Shown here: positions 49,069-59,325 of the stretch, one piece after another | How the letters are laid out: each line of letters starts with the position of its first letter | Position numbering within the stretch: position 1 is the first letter of the stretch | Program-made: the position numbers and the translations under genes | Notes under the pieces: generated by a model | The model's database searches: none | What the model was told of the DNA's origin: nothing | What the model saw: only the letters and a program-made list of their open reading frames with translations | NCBI GenBank assembly: GCA_031416315.1 | Contig: JANOTL010000095.1 | Coordinates: forward strand, 1-60,166 | DNA: 60,166 bases | Reading direction: 5' to 3' | DNA from: Pseudomonadota bacterium | GTDB taxonomy: Bacteria; Bdellovibrionota_B; Oligoflexia; Oligoflexales; CAIYRB01

Positions 49069-50226
49069 TTATCGACGAACCGGTCGATCCGAAGAGCTCG
49101 CGCGCGACGCGGGCGCCGCCTGCGAGCGCCGCGGCAATCGCACGGTGAACGTCGTGCCCTTCTCCGCGGTCGAGCTGACCTCGATCGAGCCGCCGTGCGC
49201 ACAGGCCACCTGGCTCGCGATGTAAAGGCCAAGGCCGAGCCCCGTCGGATTCGTGCTGCTGCTCGCCCCCGACGCAAGGCGCGTCATCGGCTCGAAAAGC
49301 GTCTTGAGCGCCGCTTTCGCAATGGGCGTACCGCCGTTGTGGACCTCGAGGCAAATGCCATCGTCTTCGCCGCGCGCCTTGATCGTGACCGGCATGGCGG
49401 CGCCCCCATGTTGGATCGCGTTGGCGGCGAGGTTCGAGATCATCTGCATGACGCGGTCGCCGTCCCATTCGCCCCGGAGATCGCCTTTCGCGTCGAAACG
49501 CAAGACCGCTTCGGGATGGCTGGACCCGAGCTCTGAGATGATCTGGCGGCAGACTTCCTCAAGGTCCAGGGGATGCGTTTGGATCGGGATGCCGGCGCCG
49601 AGTCGCGACCGCGTCAAGTCGAGGAGGTCGTTGATCATCCGGCTCATGCGCTCGCCGCTGGTTTGGATCAGCCTCGCGGTCTTTACCTGTTCCTCGTCCT
49701 CGGAATCCAACAGGAGCGTCGCGCCCATGAGGACGGCCCCCAAAGGATTGCGCAAGTCGTGGCCCAAGATCCCGAGGAATTGGTCGCGCGTCTTGCTCAG
49801 GATCTCGGTATAGCGCATCGCGGACTCCGCGAGCGTTTCGTCGATGGCCTCGTTGAAGCGCGTCACCTCGGATTCGCGCTCGGTGCTGTTCGCCTCCCAC
49901 AGGCGCAGCACGCTGGCCCGCAGCGCGCGATACTCGGAGAGCATCTGATCCATGTTCAGCCCCGACGCCAGGCGATCGGCCGCGTGCCGATGGCCGACGA
50001 GCGCCAGAGCGCTGTTCTTGGCGTTGCCTTTTGATTTCTCTTCTTGCTGCTCGTTCGTCTGCGCGGAATTCATGTCGCGGACGATGACCGTAAGGAGTTC
50101 GTCGGCGTGATCGCGCAGCTCCGTCTCACTCGAGTCTTTCGCCCACGGCATCAAGGTCTTCGCGAAGGCGACCCATTCGATCAGGATCTCTTCGTGATGC
50201 TGGGCGATGAACTCGGTCAGACGCAT
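49069..50226 (-). CDS. Cytoplasmic sensor histidine kinase (RsbRD_N-like + HisKA + HATPase_c)
   Basis: LGHDLRNPL, NLAANAIQHG, FEPM, GLGLGLYI. Confidence 0.9.
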   Translation of the reverse strand: MRLTEFIAQHHEEILIEWVAFAKTLMPWAKDSSETELRDHADELLTVIVRDMNSAQTNEQQEEKSKGNAKNSALALVGHRHAADRLASGLNMDQMLSEYRALRASVLRLWEANSTERESEVTRFNEAIDETLAESAMRYTEILSKTRDQFLGILGHDLRNPLGAVLMGATLLLDSEDEEQVKTARLIQTSGERMSRMINDLLDLTRSRLGAGIPIQTHPLDLEEVCRQIISELGSSHPEAVLRFDAKGDLRGEWDGDRVMQMISNLAANAIQHGGAAMPVTIKARGEDDGICLEVHNGGTPIAKAALKTLFEPMTRLASGASSSTNPTGLGLGLYIASQVACAHGGSIEVSSTAEKGTTFTVRLPRRSQAAPASRASSSDRPVRR

Positions 50227-50239
50227 GGGCGTGGTCCCT

Positions 50240-51184
50240 TTAGTCGTATTCGTCGCAGGACCAGTCGCCCGAGACGCCGATGGTTTCGCCGAAAGGCGTC
50301 GGCTCTTCCCCGCTGCGTCTGGGCAAGGCGTCGCAGCGCAGACTGCCGCGCGTGACGCCGTTGAGCGCTACGCTCGCGATCGTGACGACGCAGCTGCCGA
50401 CGGACGCCGAGAGCGCGAGATCCTTGGTCGAATAGCTCGGCCCCCGCGTCTCGGCCGCCGCGGCCTGCGCTTCGATCGTCATCGCGTGCCGGCTCGGGTC
50501 GGCCGCCGCGTCGAGGACGTAGGTCTCGCCGGCGACCGCGCCGTCGATGTCGACGGCGATCGTCGTGGTCGGCCACTCCGTCAGCGTCGGCGGGCTTTCG
50601 GTCGTCATGCGTAGCTGGAGCCGCGCGCTGCCTTTGCCGTCGTCGCGCAAGTAGCAACGCGTCTCGCGCTCGTTCAGCTGGAACTCGTCGCCGAGGAGGG
50701 GCAGGGCGCCTTCGCTCACCGCCGCGAGCGCAAAAGACTCGAGGGCGATCTCGTAGTGCTCGCTGCGTACGCGGCCGGCGCGTTGCCCGAAGTTGAAGCC
50801 GGGACCGAGCCGGTAGTAGAGCTCGCCCGTCTGCGTCATCCGGACGCAAGCGAACTTACGCCGCTGGTCCTCGGGCTTGTCGAGATCCGGAGGCGTGCAG
50901 CCGCCTGCCGGCGCGCCGAAGAGGTGCCAAACTTCTTTGAAGCGCTCCATCTCCGGAAGCTGGACCTGGAGGATGCCCGTCGCCTTTTCCGTCGTGTCTT
51001 TGACGAGGGTGACCATCGGCCGAAAGCTGAAGGCTCCGCCTTCCGGCGAAATCCGGACCGGGACGCGATCGAGATCGGGCTCGTCTTCGCCGACGTCGAT
51101 CTTCGTGGGGCCGCACGCGGCGGTGAGGAGGCAGAGAGCGAGCATTTGGGGCGGCAGACGCATCGGACTGAGGCTATAGCGCAT
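50240..51184 (-). CDS. Hypothetical lipoprotein
   Basis: Lipobox LTAAC-G; ISPEGGAF chitobiase/Fn3-associated-like start. Confidence 0.6.
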   Translation of the reverse strand: MRYSLSPMRLPPQMLALCLLTAACGPTKIDVGEDEPDLDRVPVRISPEGGAFSFRPMVTLVKDTTEKATGILQVQLPEMERFKEVWHLFGAPAGGCTPPDLDKPEDQRRKFACVRMTQTGELYYRLGPGFNFGQRAGRVRSEHYEIALESFALAAVSEGALPLLGDEFQLNERETRCYLRDDGKGSARLQLRMTTESPPTLTEWPTTTIAVDIDGAVAGETYVLDAAADPSRHAMTIEAQAAAAETRGPSYSTKDLALSASVGSCVVTIASVALNGVTRGSLRCDALPRRSGEEPTPFGETIGVSGDWSCDEYD

Positions 51185-51301
51185 GGGGATGCGGGGTCAA
51201 CCGGGGACGCCTACGGTGGACACGGTCGGCGCCCTTACCGGCAAGCAGCACCGGGAAATCGCCCTTTCATTGGTGCAATCAGGCGATCCTGGACGGCTGG
51301 C

Positions 51302-51877
51302 CTACGGCTGAAAGTCGGAGACGGCGATTGTTTTCCCGCCGATCACGAGCGCCGTACCCCCGGCCTCGGCGAGACGCACACCGGGGACGCCGAGGGCTTC
51401 GAGGAGGCGCCGATGCTCGCGGTCGCCCTCGATGAGCACCTCGGTGATGAAGCGACCGCCTCCGGGCGACGCGCCCCTGCTCGCTTGCTGCACCTCGATC
51501 AAAGCGTGAAGGCCGGGCCGCGCAAGGAAGACCGTCTTACGGTGCGCCAGCATTTGCAGGCTCGCAGGGTGGAGGAGCCAGCCGGAGCCGGCGAGGCCGG
51601 CCACGTACTCTTCAACCGAGCCGACGTGCACGGCGATGTGGTGAAGCCCCGGTCCTCGCTTCTTCAACGCGCTCTGATACGGCCCTGGCCCGATTGCTTC
51701 CATCAACAGTAAGAGGCCCTCGCTCGCCGGCGCGCCGACGTAGATCTCGCGGGTCCCTTCGGAGGGGAAGTCCTCGACGGGTCCGAGCTCATAGCCGGAC
51801 GAGGCGCAAGTGGCCCCGGCGCGTTCGGCCGAGCTGACTAGGACAGCGACGTGATTCAGGAAGGGAAGCATGGACAT
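51302..51877 (-). CDS. VOC family (methylmalonyl-CoA epimerase-like) protein
   Basis: LNHVAVLV, LLLMEA, KRGPGLHHIAVHV, LIEV. Confidence 0.8.
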   Translation of the reverse strand: MSMLPFLNHVAVLVSSAERAGATCASSGYELGPVEDFPSEGTREIYVGAPASEGLLLLMEAIGPGPYQSALKKRGPGLHHIAVHVGSVEEYVAGLAGSGWLLHPASLQMLAHRKTVFLARPGLHALIEVQQASRGASPGGGRFITEVLIEGDREHRRLLEALGVPGVRLAEAGGTALVIGGKTIAVSDFQP

Positions 51878-52041
51878 CCACTTTCATAGAGGTTGTGTGC
51901 GGCGGATTATGCGGCCTTGGCTCGATAAAATGAATCGAATGTTGTTCTGCATGATGCGCAGCGACGTTCGCAGCAAAGTTGACCCTCGAGCGTTCCGGTC
52001 CTATGAAGAGGGAGCCAACCACTCTCTCGGGAGGAACGCTC

Positions 52042-52506
52042 ATGAAAACGCTCACCTACTTCGGTTTCGCTGCCGCTCTGCTTCTTTCGACGCCCATCCA
52101 CGCCGCCACCTGCGCCGACCTATTCGGGCGGATCGACGCCGCTATGGAATCGGGGAACACTCTCGTACGCGTGGTGACGACTTTCACGAAGGACGCGAAC
52201 AGCGTGGCGTACACGCGCGGCTATCTCGATCTGGACGACGTACTTCCGGGTTACTACGTCGCGACGAGCAGGCGGTATTTCAACGACGGAACGCCGGAGT
52301 CGCCGTTCGACGCCGCGACCGCTGACCGCGTCACGATCCGTCTGCGCAAGACGGGCGACGATTCGGTGCAGGTTGACTACCTGGTGGATGCTCCAGGCAC
52401 CTCGGTGGGCTACGCTGCCACTTGCACGTCGTCGAATCTCCTCCTCGCCTTGCCGACGACAGGCGACGTTCTCGCGGTCAGCTTCCGCTTTTCGACGACG
52501 AACTGA
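52042..52506 (+). CDS. Secreted hypothetical protein
   Basis: GGAGG RBS; signal peptide MKTLTYFGFAAALLLSTPIHA. Confidence 0.6.
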   Translation: MKTLTYFGFAAALLLSTPIHAATCADLFGRIDAAMESGNTLVRVVTTFTKDANSVAYTRGYLDLDDVLPGYYVATSRRYFNDGTPESPFDAATADRVTIRLRKTGDDSVQVDYLVDAPGTSVGYAATCTSSNLLLALPTTGDVLAVSFRFSTTN

Positions 52507-52510
52507 CGGG

Positions 52511-52750
52511 ATGCTCTCGCTCGCCAAGCTCTCGCGCTATTTCAAGGTCGGCGACCTCGTTCTGATGGGCAAGTACAAGAGCAGCCGCGGCCGCATCGTC
52601 GGCTTCGGTGAAGACAAATGGGGCAATCCTACGGTCGAGATCGAGCCGATCCCCAAGGGTCGTAAGCAGAACAAAGTCATCGGCCTGTTCAAAATCTGGC
52701 GCGCCGACGTCAAGGAGGCGGCTATGAAAAAGGCGAAGGTCCCACGCTAG
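52511..52750 (+). CDS. Small basic KOW/SH3-like protein
   Basis: FKVGDLVLMGKYKSSRGRIV. Confidence 0.55.
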   Translation: MLSLAKLSRYFKVGDLVLMGKYKSSRGRIVGFGEDKWGNPTVEIEPIPKGRKQNKVIGLFKIWRADVKEAAMKKAKVPR

Positions 52751-52772
52751 CTCGCTCGCCGCTTCATTCAGT

Positions 52773-53639
52773 TTACGAATTTCGCCGGCGCACGTGGTCT
52801 CGAAGGCGCGACAGCTCGCCCGCGATGCGCGCCAACTCGTGCTCGAGCACGACTTCCTGCGCTTCACCCCTGGCGATCCGCAGCTCGTCGACTTCTTCCT
52901 GCATTTCCTCGATGCCCTTCATGATCACGCCGATGAAGAGGTTCAGGATGATCATCGTGCCGAGGACGATGAAGACGATGAAGAAGAGTGGCGCGCCAAG
53001 CGGCATCGCGCTCGGCTGCGTGCAAAGAGCCTTGATCCCTTCGTCGTAGCCGAAACGGTCGCAGCCGTACATTTGCGTGTGCATCACCTCGACCCAGTTC
53101 TCCATCGTGACGACCTGGAAGAGGGTCAGAAGAGCGGTCTGGAGGTTGCCGAACCGGAACGGATCGTTGCCGCCGAAGAGGAAGACGGCGAGGACGGCGA
53201 AGACGTAGAACAAGAGCGCGAGCAGCACGCCGACGTAACCGATCGACGGGATGCTCTTGAGCAGCGCGCCGACGATCAGCTGCAGCCGCGGCAGCGCGGT
53301 GACCAAGCGCAAGACCCGCAGGATCCGGACGAGGCGGAAGACCGCGACGAACTCGGCGTTGATCGGGATGAAGCAGACGACGACGACGATCAAATCGAAG
53401 ACGTTCCATCCGTCCTTGAAGAAGGCCGGCCAATGCCGCCCCTGCGCCGCGAGCTTGAGGCCGAGCTCGAAGACGAAGATCCAAAGGATCACTTTGTCGA
53501 TGGCGTGGAGGAGTCGGCCATGCTGCGCGACGATGGAAGGATAGGTCTCCAGTCCGACGACGGCGGCCGCGAGCAAGATCACGAAGACGATGAGCCTGTG
53601 GAACGCGGGAGTGGCCACGATCTTCTTAAGAGTATTCAT
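52773..53639 (-). CDS. Bacterial voltage-gated cation (Nav-like) channel
   Basis: WNVFD, S4 RLVRILRVLRL, filter TMENW, S6 LNLFIGVI, coiled-coil tail. Confidence 0.9.
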   Translation of the reverse strand: MNTLKKIVATPAFHRLIVFVILLAAAVVGLETYPSIVAQHGRLLHAIDKVILWIFVFELGLKLAAQGRHWPAFFKDGWNVFDLIVVVVCFIPINAEFVAVFRLVRILRVLRLVTALPRLQLIVGALLKSIPSIGYVGVLLALLFYVFAVLAVFLFGGNDPFRFGNLQTALLTLFQVVTMENWVEVMHTQMYGCDRFGYDEGIKALCTQPSAMPLGAPLFFIVFIVLGTMIILNLFIGVIMKGIEEMQEEVDELRIARGEAQEVVLEHELARIAGELSRLRDHVRRRNS

Positions 53640-53670
53640 AACGCTACCTTACCGCCGGACGCCGGGGCCG

Positions 53671-54324
53671 TCAAACGAGCGTGACCGCGCGGCCCGCAAA
53701 GCTCTCCGCGTCCCGCTCGTCGTGGGAAACGAAGACGACGGTCGTCCCGCGCGCTTTCGTAGCGCGGAACGTCGCCTCTCGGACCTCGTCGCGCAGCCCC
53801 GGATCAAGGCTCGAGAAGGGCTCGTCGAGCAAAAGAACCCTCGGCTTTGGCGCTAGCGCCCGGGCAAGGGCAACGCGCTGCTGCTGACCGCCGGAAAGCT
53901 CGGCGGGGAAGCGCCCACCCAAAGTGTCGATTGCCAGCGCGTGCAGGAGCTCCGCCACGGTTCGGCGCCGTTCGATCGGTTTCTGGCGAAAGAGGCCGAA
54001 GGCGATGTTGTCCGCGACGGTCATGTGCGGGAAGAGGGCGTAGTCCTGGAAAACCAGGCCGACGCGACGCGCCTCCGGCGGTACGAGCCGGTCGGGAGAG
54101 GACACCGCGACCCCGTCGAGGCGGATCTCGCCCGCGCGCGGGCGCTCCAGGCCGGCGATCAACCGCAGGAGCGAGGATTTGCCGACGCCGGAAGGCCCTC
54201 GGACCAGCACGTGCTCACCCGCCTCGACCCGCAAAGAGAGCCCGTCGATGACGAGCGCCTTCCCGTATCCGAACGCCAGATCGCGGATCTCGAGGATCGC
54301 GGCTTTCGCCTCGAGCGCGCTCAC
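53671..54324 (-). CDS. Fe3+ ABC transporter ATP-binding subunit (FbpC-like)
   Basis: GPSGVGKS, VFQDYALFPH, LSGGQQQR, LLDEP. Confidence 0.88.
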   Translation of the reverse strand: MSALEAKAAILEIRDLAFGYGKALVIDGLSLRVEAGEHVLVRGPSGVGKSSLLRLIAGLERPRAGEIRLDGVAVSSPDRLVPPEARRVGLVFQDYALFPHMTVADNIAFGLFRQKPIERRRTVAELLHALAIDTLGGRFPAELSGGQQQRVALARALAPKPRVLLLDEPFSSLDPGLRDEVREATFRATKARGTTVVFVSHDERDAESFAGRAVTLV

Positions 54325-55853
54325 GCCGGCTCCTTCAACATGCGGCCGTGGAGCCAGACGACCGGCGGGACGCCGACGAGGATCAGGAGGATCGCGCCGA
54401 CGGCCGCGGCCCCGAGGCGCTCGTCGGACGCGAGGTTATAGACCCGGATGGGGAGGAGCTCGAAGTCGAAAGGGCGCAGAATCATCGCGACCGGGAGCTC
54501 CTTCACCGTATCGATGAAGACTAAGAGGCCTGCGCCCATGGCGGCGGAGCCCACGAGGCTCAGCTGGATCTTGCGGAAGCTCCGCCAGGGCCCGGCGCCG
54601 AGGGTTCTCGCCGCCTGCAGCATGCTCGGCGTGATCTGCGCCTGCGCGGCGTCGAGCGACTGCGTGGGAATGGCGACGAAACGGATCAGCAGCGCATACG
54701 CCAAAAGCGGCAACATTCCGATCGTCAGCGGCATCGCGGTGAGCACGCCGACCGCGACCAGGCCCCCGGGGATGGCGTAGCCGAGCGTCGCCACCGCGCG
54801 CGGCAAGCGAGAGCGCGTCGTCGTGAGGATCAAAGCGACGACGACGGTCGACACGCTGACGACGAGTCCCAAGAGCACAGAGCGGCCGATGATCGGGACC
54901 GAGAGGGCCAGCTCGCGAGTGATCTCGGTGGACAGCGCGTGCGATGCCAGGATCAGCGTCGGCCCGACGAAGCCGACGATGGCGGGGCTCGCGCAGAAAA
55001 GCGCCGCGAGGACTCCACCGACGCGTCCCAGCGGCAGGCGGCGTTGCGGTCGAGTGGCTCCCTTCGTCGCCCAGTAACGCGCGCGGCCGCGGAGAAGCCG
55101 CTCGACGGCGATGATCGCGACGACGACGACCAAGAAAATGGCGGCGAACTGGCTCGCAAGATCCCGCTCACCGTAGCCGTACCAAACGCGATAGAGCCCG
55201 GTCGCCATCGTATCGAGCGCGAAGTGGTCGACGGTGCCGAAGTCGTTCAAGACCTCGAGCGCCACGAGCAAACCGCCGGCCGCGATCGCCGGCCGTAGCA
55301 GCGGCAGGCCCAGATGCAGGAAGGTGCCGAGCGCGGAGCGCCCCAAGGTGCGGGCGGCGTCGGCGAGATTCGGCGCTTGGCGCTTCAGATACGCCAGGCA
55401 CGAGAGATAGACGTAGGGGCAAAGCGCCGCAGCCATGACGACGACGGCGGTCGGGAAGCTGCGGACGTTGACGCTCCGCGCCAGTCCGGAGACGTCGCCA
55501 AAGACGCGACCCAACCATCCGAAAGCCGGGCCCGTCGCTTGGAAGAAGTCCACGTAGGCGTAGGCGGCGATGTAGGAGGGCACCGTGAAAGGCAGGACCG
55601 CGCCCCATGCCAAGGCCCGTCGCCCTGGAAATTCGTAGACGGAGACGAGCCAGGCGCAGCCGACGCCCCAGACGATGGTCGCCGCCGTGACGGCGACGAG
55701 GAGCGCAATGGTCGTCGAGCCATAGCGCGGCAAAAGGTGCGCCGCCAGGTGACGCCAGACTTCCAGGTCGACGGCGCGCAAGCCCGCGCCGACGACGGCC
55801 AGCGTCGGCAGCGCGAGGACGAGTGCGAGCAGTGGGACGAGGCGGCGAATCAG
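54321..55853 (-). CDS. Fe3+ ABC transporter permease (FbpB-like); start approximate
   Basis: YEFPGRR, PSYIAAYAY, AARTLG x2, KELP. Confidence 0.88.
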   Translation of the reverse strand: MIRRLVPLLALVLALPTLAVVGAGLRAVDLEVWRHLAAHLLPRYGSTTIALLVAVTAATIVWGVGCAWLVSVYEFPGRRALAWGAVLPFTVPSYIAAYAYVDFFQATGPAFGWLGRVFGDVSGLARSVNVRSFPTAVVVMAAALCPYVYLSCLAYLKRQAPNLADAARTLGRSALGTFLHLGLPLLRPAIAAGGLLVALEVLNDFGTVDHFALDTMATGLYRVWYGYGERDLASQFAAIFLVVVVAIIAVERLLRGRARYWATKGATRPQRRLPLGRVGGVLAALFCASPAIVGFVGPTLILASHALSTEITRELALSVPIIGRSVLLGLVVSVSTVVVALILTTTRSRLPRAVATLGYAIPGGLVAVGVLTAMPLTIGMLPLLAYALLIRFVAIPTQSLDAAQAQITPSMLQAARTLGAGPWRSFRKIQLSLVGSAAMGAGLLVFIDTVKELPVAMILRPFDFELLPIRVYNLASDERLGAAAVGAILLILVGVPPVVWLHGRMLKEPA

Positions 55854-56866
55854 CGCCAGCTCGACTGATCCATGATCTTCACCGCGTCGGGCGTCTTCTT
55901 GCCGATCGTGGCCAAGCTCACGGTGTCGGAGCGGAACGTGCCGAGGGCCTTTAGATGCGCTGGCAGCTCGACTTTCGTGACGGGGTACTCGCCGTTCTCC
56001 AGCGCGTAGAGCCCTTGGACCTCGTCGCTCAGCAGGAACTCCACGAATTTGACGGCGTGGGCCTTGTTCGGGGCGTGCTTGGCGATCGCCGCGCCGCTGA
56101 CGTTGACGTGGGTGCCGCGATCCGCCTGGTTCGGGAAGATCACGCCGATCTTGGCCGCGACCTGTTGATCCTCCGGCTTCGTCGACTTGAGGATGCGCGC
56201 GACGTAGTAGCTGTTGACGAGGGCCAGGTCGCCGATCCCGGCGGCCACGGCCTTGATCTGGTCGGTGTCGCCGCCTTCCGGCTTGCGCGCAAGGTTGTCG
56301 GCGATCTTGGTCACCCAACGTGTGGTCTTTTCCGCGCCTTCGTGGTGAAGAAAGGAGGCGACGAGCGACTGATTGTAGACGTGGTTCGACGAGCGCACCA
56401 GGACGCGGCCCTTCCACTTCGGATCGGCCAGGTCTTCGTAGTTTTTCAGATCCGTCGGCTTCACCTTGTCTTTGTTGAAGACGATGACGCGGGCGCGCGT
56501 GGAAACCGCGTACCATTTGCCTTCGGGATGGCGGAGCTCGCTCGACACCTGCTTGTCGGCGCCCGGCACCTTCTCGGCGGCGAGGATGCCGGCCTCGTCC
56601 GCGCGCCAGAGGTTGCCGATGTCGACGGTCAGGATGACGTCGGCCTCGCTCTTCGCGCCCTCGGCTTTGACGCGCTCGACGAGCTGCGCGGCTTCCTTGA
56701 CCTGGACCTGTTGCACCTTGATGCCGGTCTTGGCGGTAAACGCTTTGATGACGGTCTCGTCGACGTCGTAATGACGGGACGAGTAGACGTTGACGACGGG
56801 GTCGGCCGCGACGGCAGTGGTCGACATCGCAGTGAGGCAGAAGATGGAGAGGAATAGGTTTTTCAT
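55850..56866 (-). CDS. Fe3+ ABC transporter substrate-binding protein (FbpA/FutA-like)
   Basis: YSSRHY, YNQSL, GGDTDQI, NSYY, GTHVNVSG. Confidence 0.92.
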   Translation of the reverse strand: MKNLFLSIFCLTAMSTTAVAADPVVNVYSSRHYDVDETVIKAFTAKTGIKVQQVQVKEAAQLVERVKAEGAKSEADVILTVDIGNLWRADEAGILAAEKVPGADKQVSSELRHPEGKWYAVSTRARVIVFNKDKVKPTDLKNYEDLADPKWKGRVLVRSSNHVYNQSLVASFLHHEGAEKTTRWVTKIADNLARKPEGGDTDQIKAVAAGIGDLALVNSYYVARILKSTKPEDQQVAAKIGVIFPNQADRGTHVNVSGAAIAKHAPNKAHAVKFVEFLLSDEVQGLYALENGEYPVTKVELPAHLKALGTFRSDTVSLATIGKKTPDAVKIMDQSSWR

Positions 56867-56913
56867 GGCGCGCAGCTCCCTAGCGTGACGTAGGCGGCCG
56901 ACCTTATCTGATT

Positions 56914-56930
56914 TTGAGAATCAGTTTCAA
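56914..56930. promoter_or_regulatory. Fur-box-like operator
   Basis: TGAGAAT-C-AGTTTCA vs 7-1-7 consensus TGATAAT-N-ATTATCA, about 50 nt upstream of the iron ABC operon. Confidence 0.7.
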
Positions 56931-57002
56931 TCGCGGAATGGATTTGGACTGATTTTGCCTTGGAATAGGAACGCTTTGGGGCGCGGATTGCTGCCGCGCC
57001 GC

Positions 57003-57899
57003 TCAGGCCAAGGTTTTCTTGAAGAATTCCAAGGTCCGCGACCACGCCAGCTTCGCCGCCTTATCGTCGTAGCGCGGCGTCGTATCGTTGTGGAACCCGT
57101 GCTGCGCGCCTTCGTACATGTGGTGCGTGTAGGCGACCTTGCTCGCCTTCAGCGCGGCCTCGTAGGCGGGCCATCCCTTGACGATGCGCTCGTCGAGCGA
57201 GGCGTCGTGAATCAGTAGCTCGGCTTTGATCTTCGCGACGTCAGCCGTTTCCGGCTGCGAGCCGTAGAAGGGCACCGCGGCTTGCAGGTCTTTCCCCATC
57301 CGCACGGCGAGCACGTTGGCGATCTTGCCGCCGAAGCAGAAGCCGACGACTCCGAGCTTGCCGTTCGCGTCGGAGCGCGCCTTCAGCCAGCGCGCGGCCG
57401 CCTCGAAGTCCTTGGTCATCTTCTCTTCGTCGACTTTCTTGTGCAGCTCGCGGCCCTTATCCTCGTCGCCGGGGTAGCCGCCGACGCTCGTCAGGCCGTC
57501 CGGAGCCAGGGCGACGTAGCCCTCGACCGCGAGGCGGCGCGCCACGTCCTCGACGTAGGGGTTGAGGCCGCGGTTCTCGTGGACGACGAGGACGACCGGT
57601 TGCTTGGGTCCGTTCGGCTTCGCCGGGCGCGCCAGGTGGCCGCTGATCTTGCCGTTGCCGGCCGGCGATTCGACCGTGACGGTCTCGGTCACGATGCGCT
57701 TGTCGGTTTTTTCGACTTGGATCGCCCAGGCGAATTCCGGCTTCAAGGCCTCGTAGATGGCGGCGGCCGAGAGGCCGCCGACGGCGAACTTCTGGAGCGC
57801 GTCGAGGAAGCTCCTTCGGTCCATTTCGCCGTGGACGTAGCGGTCGAAGGTTTGCCAGAGCGCCTGCGGGAAATCTTGGGATGCGTTTCGATTTTTCAT
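57003..57899 (-). CDS. Dienelactone hydrolase family (YghX-like) with Tat-like RRSFL motif
   Basis: HENRGLNP, GFCFGG, HGFHNDTTPRY. Confidence 0.9.
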   Translation of the reverse strand: MKNRNASQDFPQALWQTFDRYVHGEMDRRSFLDALQKFAVGGLSAAAIYEALKPEFAWAIQVEKTDKRIVTETVTVESPAGNGKISGHLARPAKPNGPKQPVVLVVHENRGLNPYVEDVARRLAVEGYVALAPDGLTSVGGYPGDEDKGRELHKKVDEEKMTKDFEAAARWLKARSDANGKLGVVGFCFGGKIANVLAVRMGKDLQAAVPFYGSQPETADVAKIKAELLIHDASLDERIVKGWPAYEAALKASKVAYTHHMYEGAQHGFHNDTTPRYDDKAAKLAWSRTLEFFKKTLA

Positions 57900-57942
57900 G
57901 GCCGGATGATACGTTCGGTTCCTCTGAAACGTCGACTAGGAA

Positions 57943-59325
57943 TTGCGCGTGAGACTGAGCCTCCATTCCCGCCGTAAGCTCAAGCCGGCCGACGCGGCGC
58001 GCTTCGTCGGGCTCGAGCCGGATCTTTTCGTGGAGCTCGCGACCGTCGTCTGCTCGACGGGAGCGCTGCCGCAAAAAGAGCTGCACGAGTGCTGGCAAAT
58101 GGCGAGCTGCGTGCATCGGGAGTTTCCCGATTGCCTGCGCGTCGCGGACATTGCGGCGGGTCATGGGCTTTTGACCTGGATTCTCGTGCTTCTGGCGAGA
58201 ACGTCCGCGGTCCCGGTCTTGCGCACGGCGGTCGCCCTGGACGTCGAGCGCCCGCGGTCGGCACCCATTTTGGCCGCCGCCATCACGGCGCGTTGGCCGG
58301 AGCTCGCCGGGAGCGTCCACTACGTAGAAAGCAGCGTCGATGCCGTGATCTCAGGGGAGGGGCCGCGGCCCTTGCTCGTGGCAGCGCACGCTTGCGGCAG
58401 CCTCTCGGACCGCGTTCTTCTCGCGGCCGTCGCGAATCGCTGCCCGGTCGCGATCATGCCGTGCTGTCACTCTTTGCGAAAACAGGGGAAGTCGCTGGCG
58501 TCCTTGGCGCTCGTCTCCGGGGTGCCCTCCGAGGGACTCCAGGGCGTCGCCGGGATCGATTCCTTTCGCATCGCGGCGCTGGCGGCCCTTGGCTACGACA
58601 TCCGTGAAGCCTCGATTCAAGCGGAGATCACCCCGTTCAACCGGATCATCATGGCACGGCCGCACATGGCGCTCGAAGCCTCGACTCTCGCTTCGGCTCG
58701 TCCGAACGCGATGCCCGAAGTGAGCGTCGAGCGCCTCGGGGAACGTCGTGCCTATCAAAGCATTCGGTCGCTCGACATTGGCAATGCATGCGATGCGGAA
58801 ACCTTAGCGCGGCGACCGTCCCGCACCTGGCGGCGCTCCTTCGATCTGAGTTTTTGGGTCGCGGACGATGCGACGGGACGGCGGCTGCGCTCGACGCTGG
58901 AAAGCTTGACCGGCCGCTTTCTGCCGTCGGATGGCGCCGTCGCCTCGTCCGTCGCTATCCGCGACCGCTACGTCGATCCCCTGTCGCAGCGCCTCGCCTT
59001 CACGTATCGGATTGATATCGAGAGTACGGAAATCGCGATCACAAAGGCGGACGCTGGGGCGCTGCGACGGAAGCTGTGCCGTGGCAGCCAATGTTTGGCG
59101 CATCTCCGGCAAGACTGGATCGTACTCCGCTTCGACGCCTCGGTCGCTTGCCTCTCCGAGACCCTTGCCGGCGGGCCGCCACCGAACTGCGCGACGCAGA
59201 ATCCGAAGCTTCGCATTAGCCGATTCGAAAGCATCGACGCGGCGAAGGCAGTCCCCTTCAGCTCGTGGGGACACAACAACTTCACGTTCCTCGACAAGCT
59301 CGGGATGATGATCTCGGTCAACTGA
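57943..59325 (+). CDS. SAM methyltransferase with C-terminal FDX-ACB-like domain
   Basis: KELHE, VADIAAGHGLL, AAHACGSLSD, MPCCH; then FDLSFWV...DRYVDP..QRLAFTYRI. Confidence 0.7.
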   Translation: MRVRLSLHSRRKLKPADAARFVGLEPDLFVELATVVCSTGALPQKELHECWQMASCVHREFPDCLRVADIAAGHGLLTWILVLLARTSAVPVLRTAVALDVERPRSAPILAAAITARWPELAGSVHYVESSVDAVISGEGPRPLLVAAHACGSLSDRVLLAAVANRCPVAIMPCCHSLRKQGKSLASLALVSGVPSEGLQGVAGIDSFRIAALAALGYDIREASIQAEITPFNRIIMARPHMALEASTLASARPNAMPEVSVERLGERRAYQSIRSLDIGNACDAETLARRPSRTWRRSFDLSFWVADDATGRRLRSTLESLTGRFLPSDGAVASSVAIRDRYVDPLSQRLAFTYRIDIESTEIAITKADAGALRRKLCRGSQCLAHLRQDWIVLRFDASVACLSETLAGGPPPNCATQNPKLRISRFESIDAAKAVPFSSWGHNNFTFLDKLGMMISVN

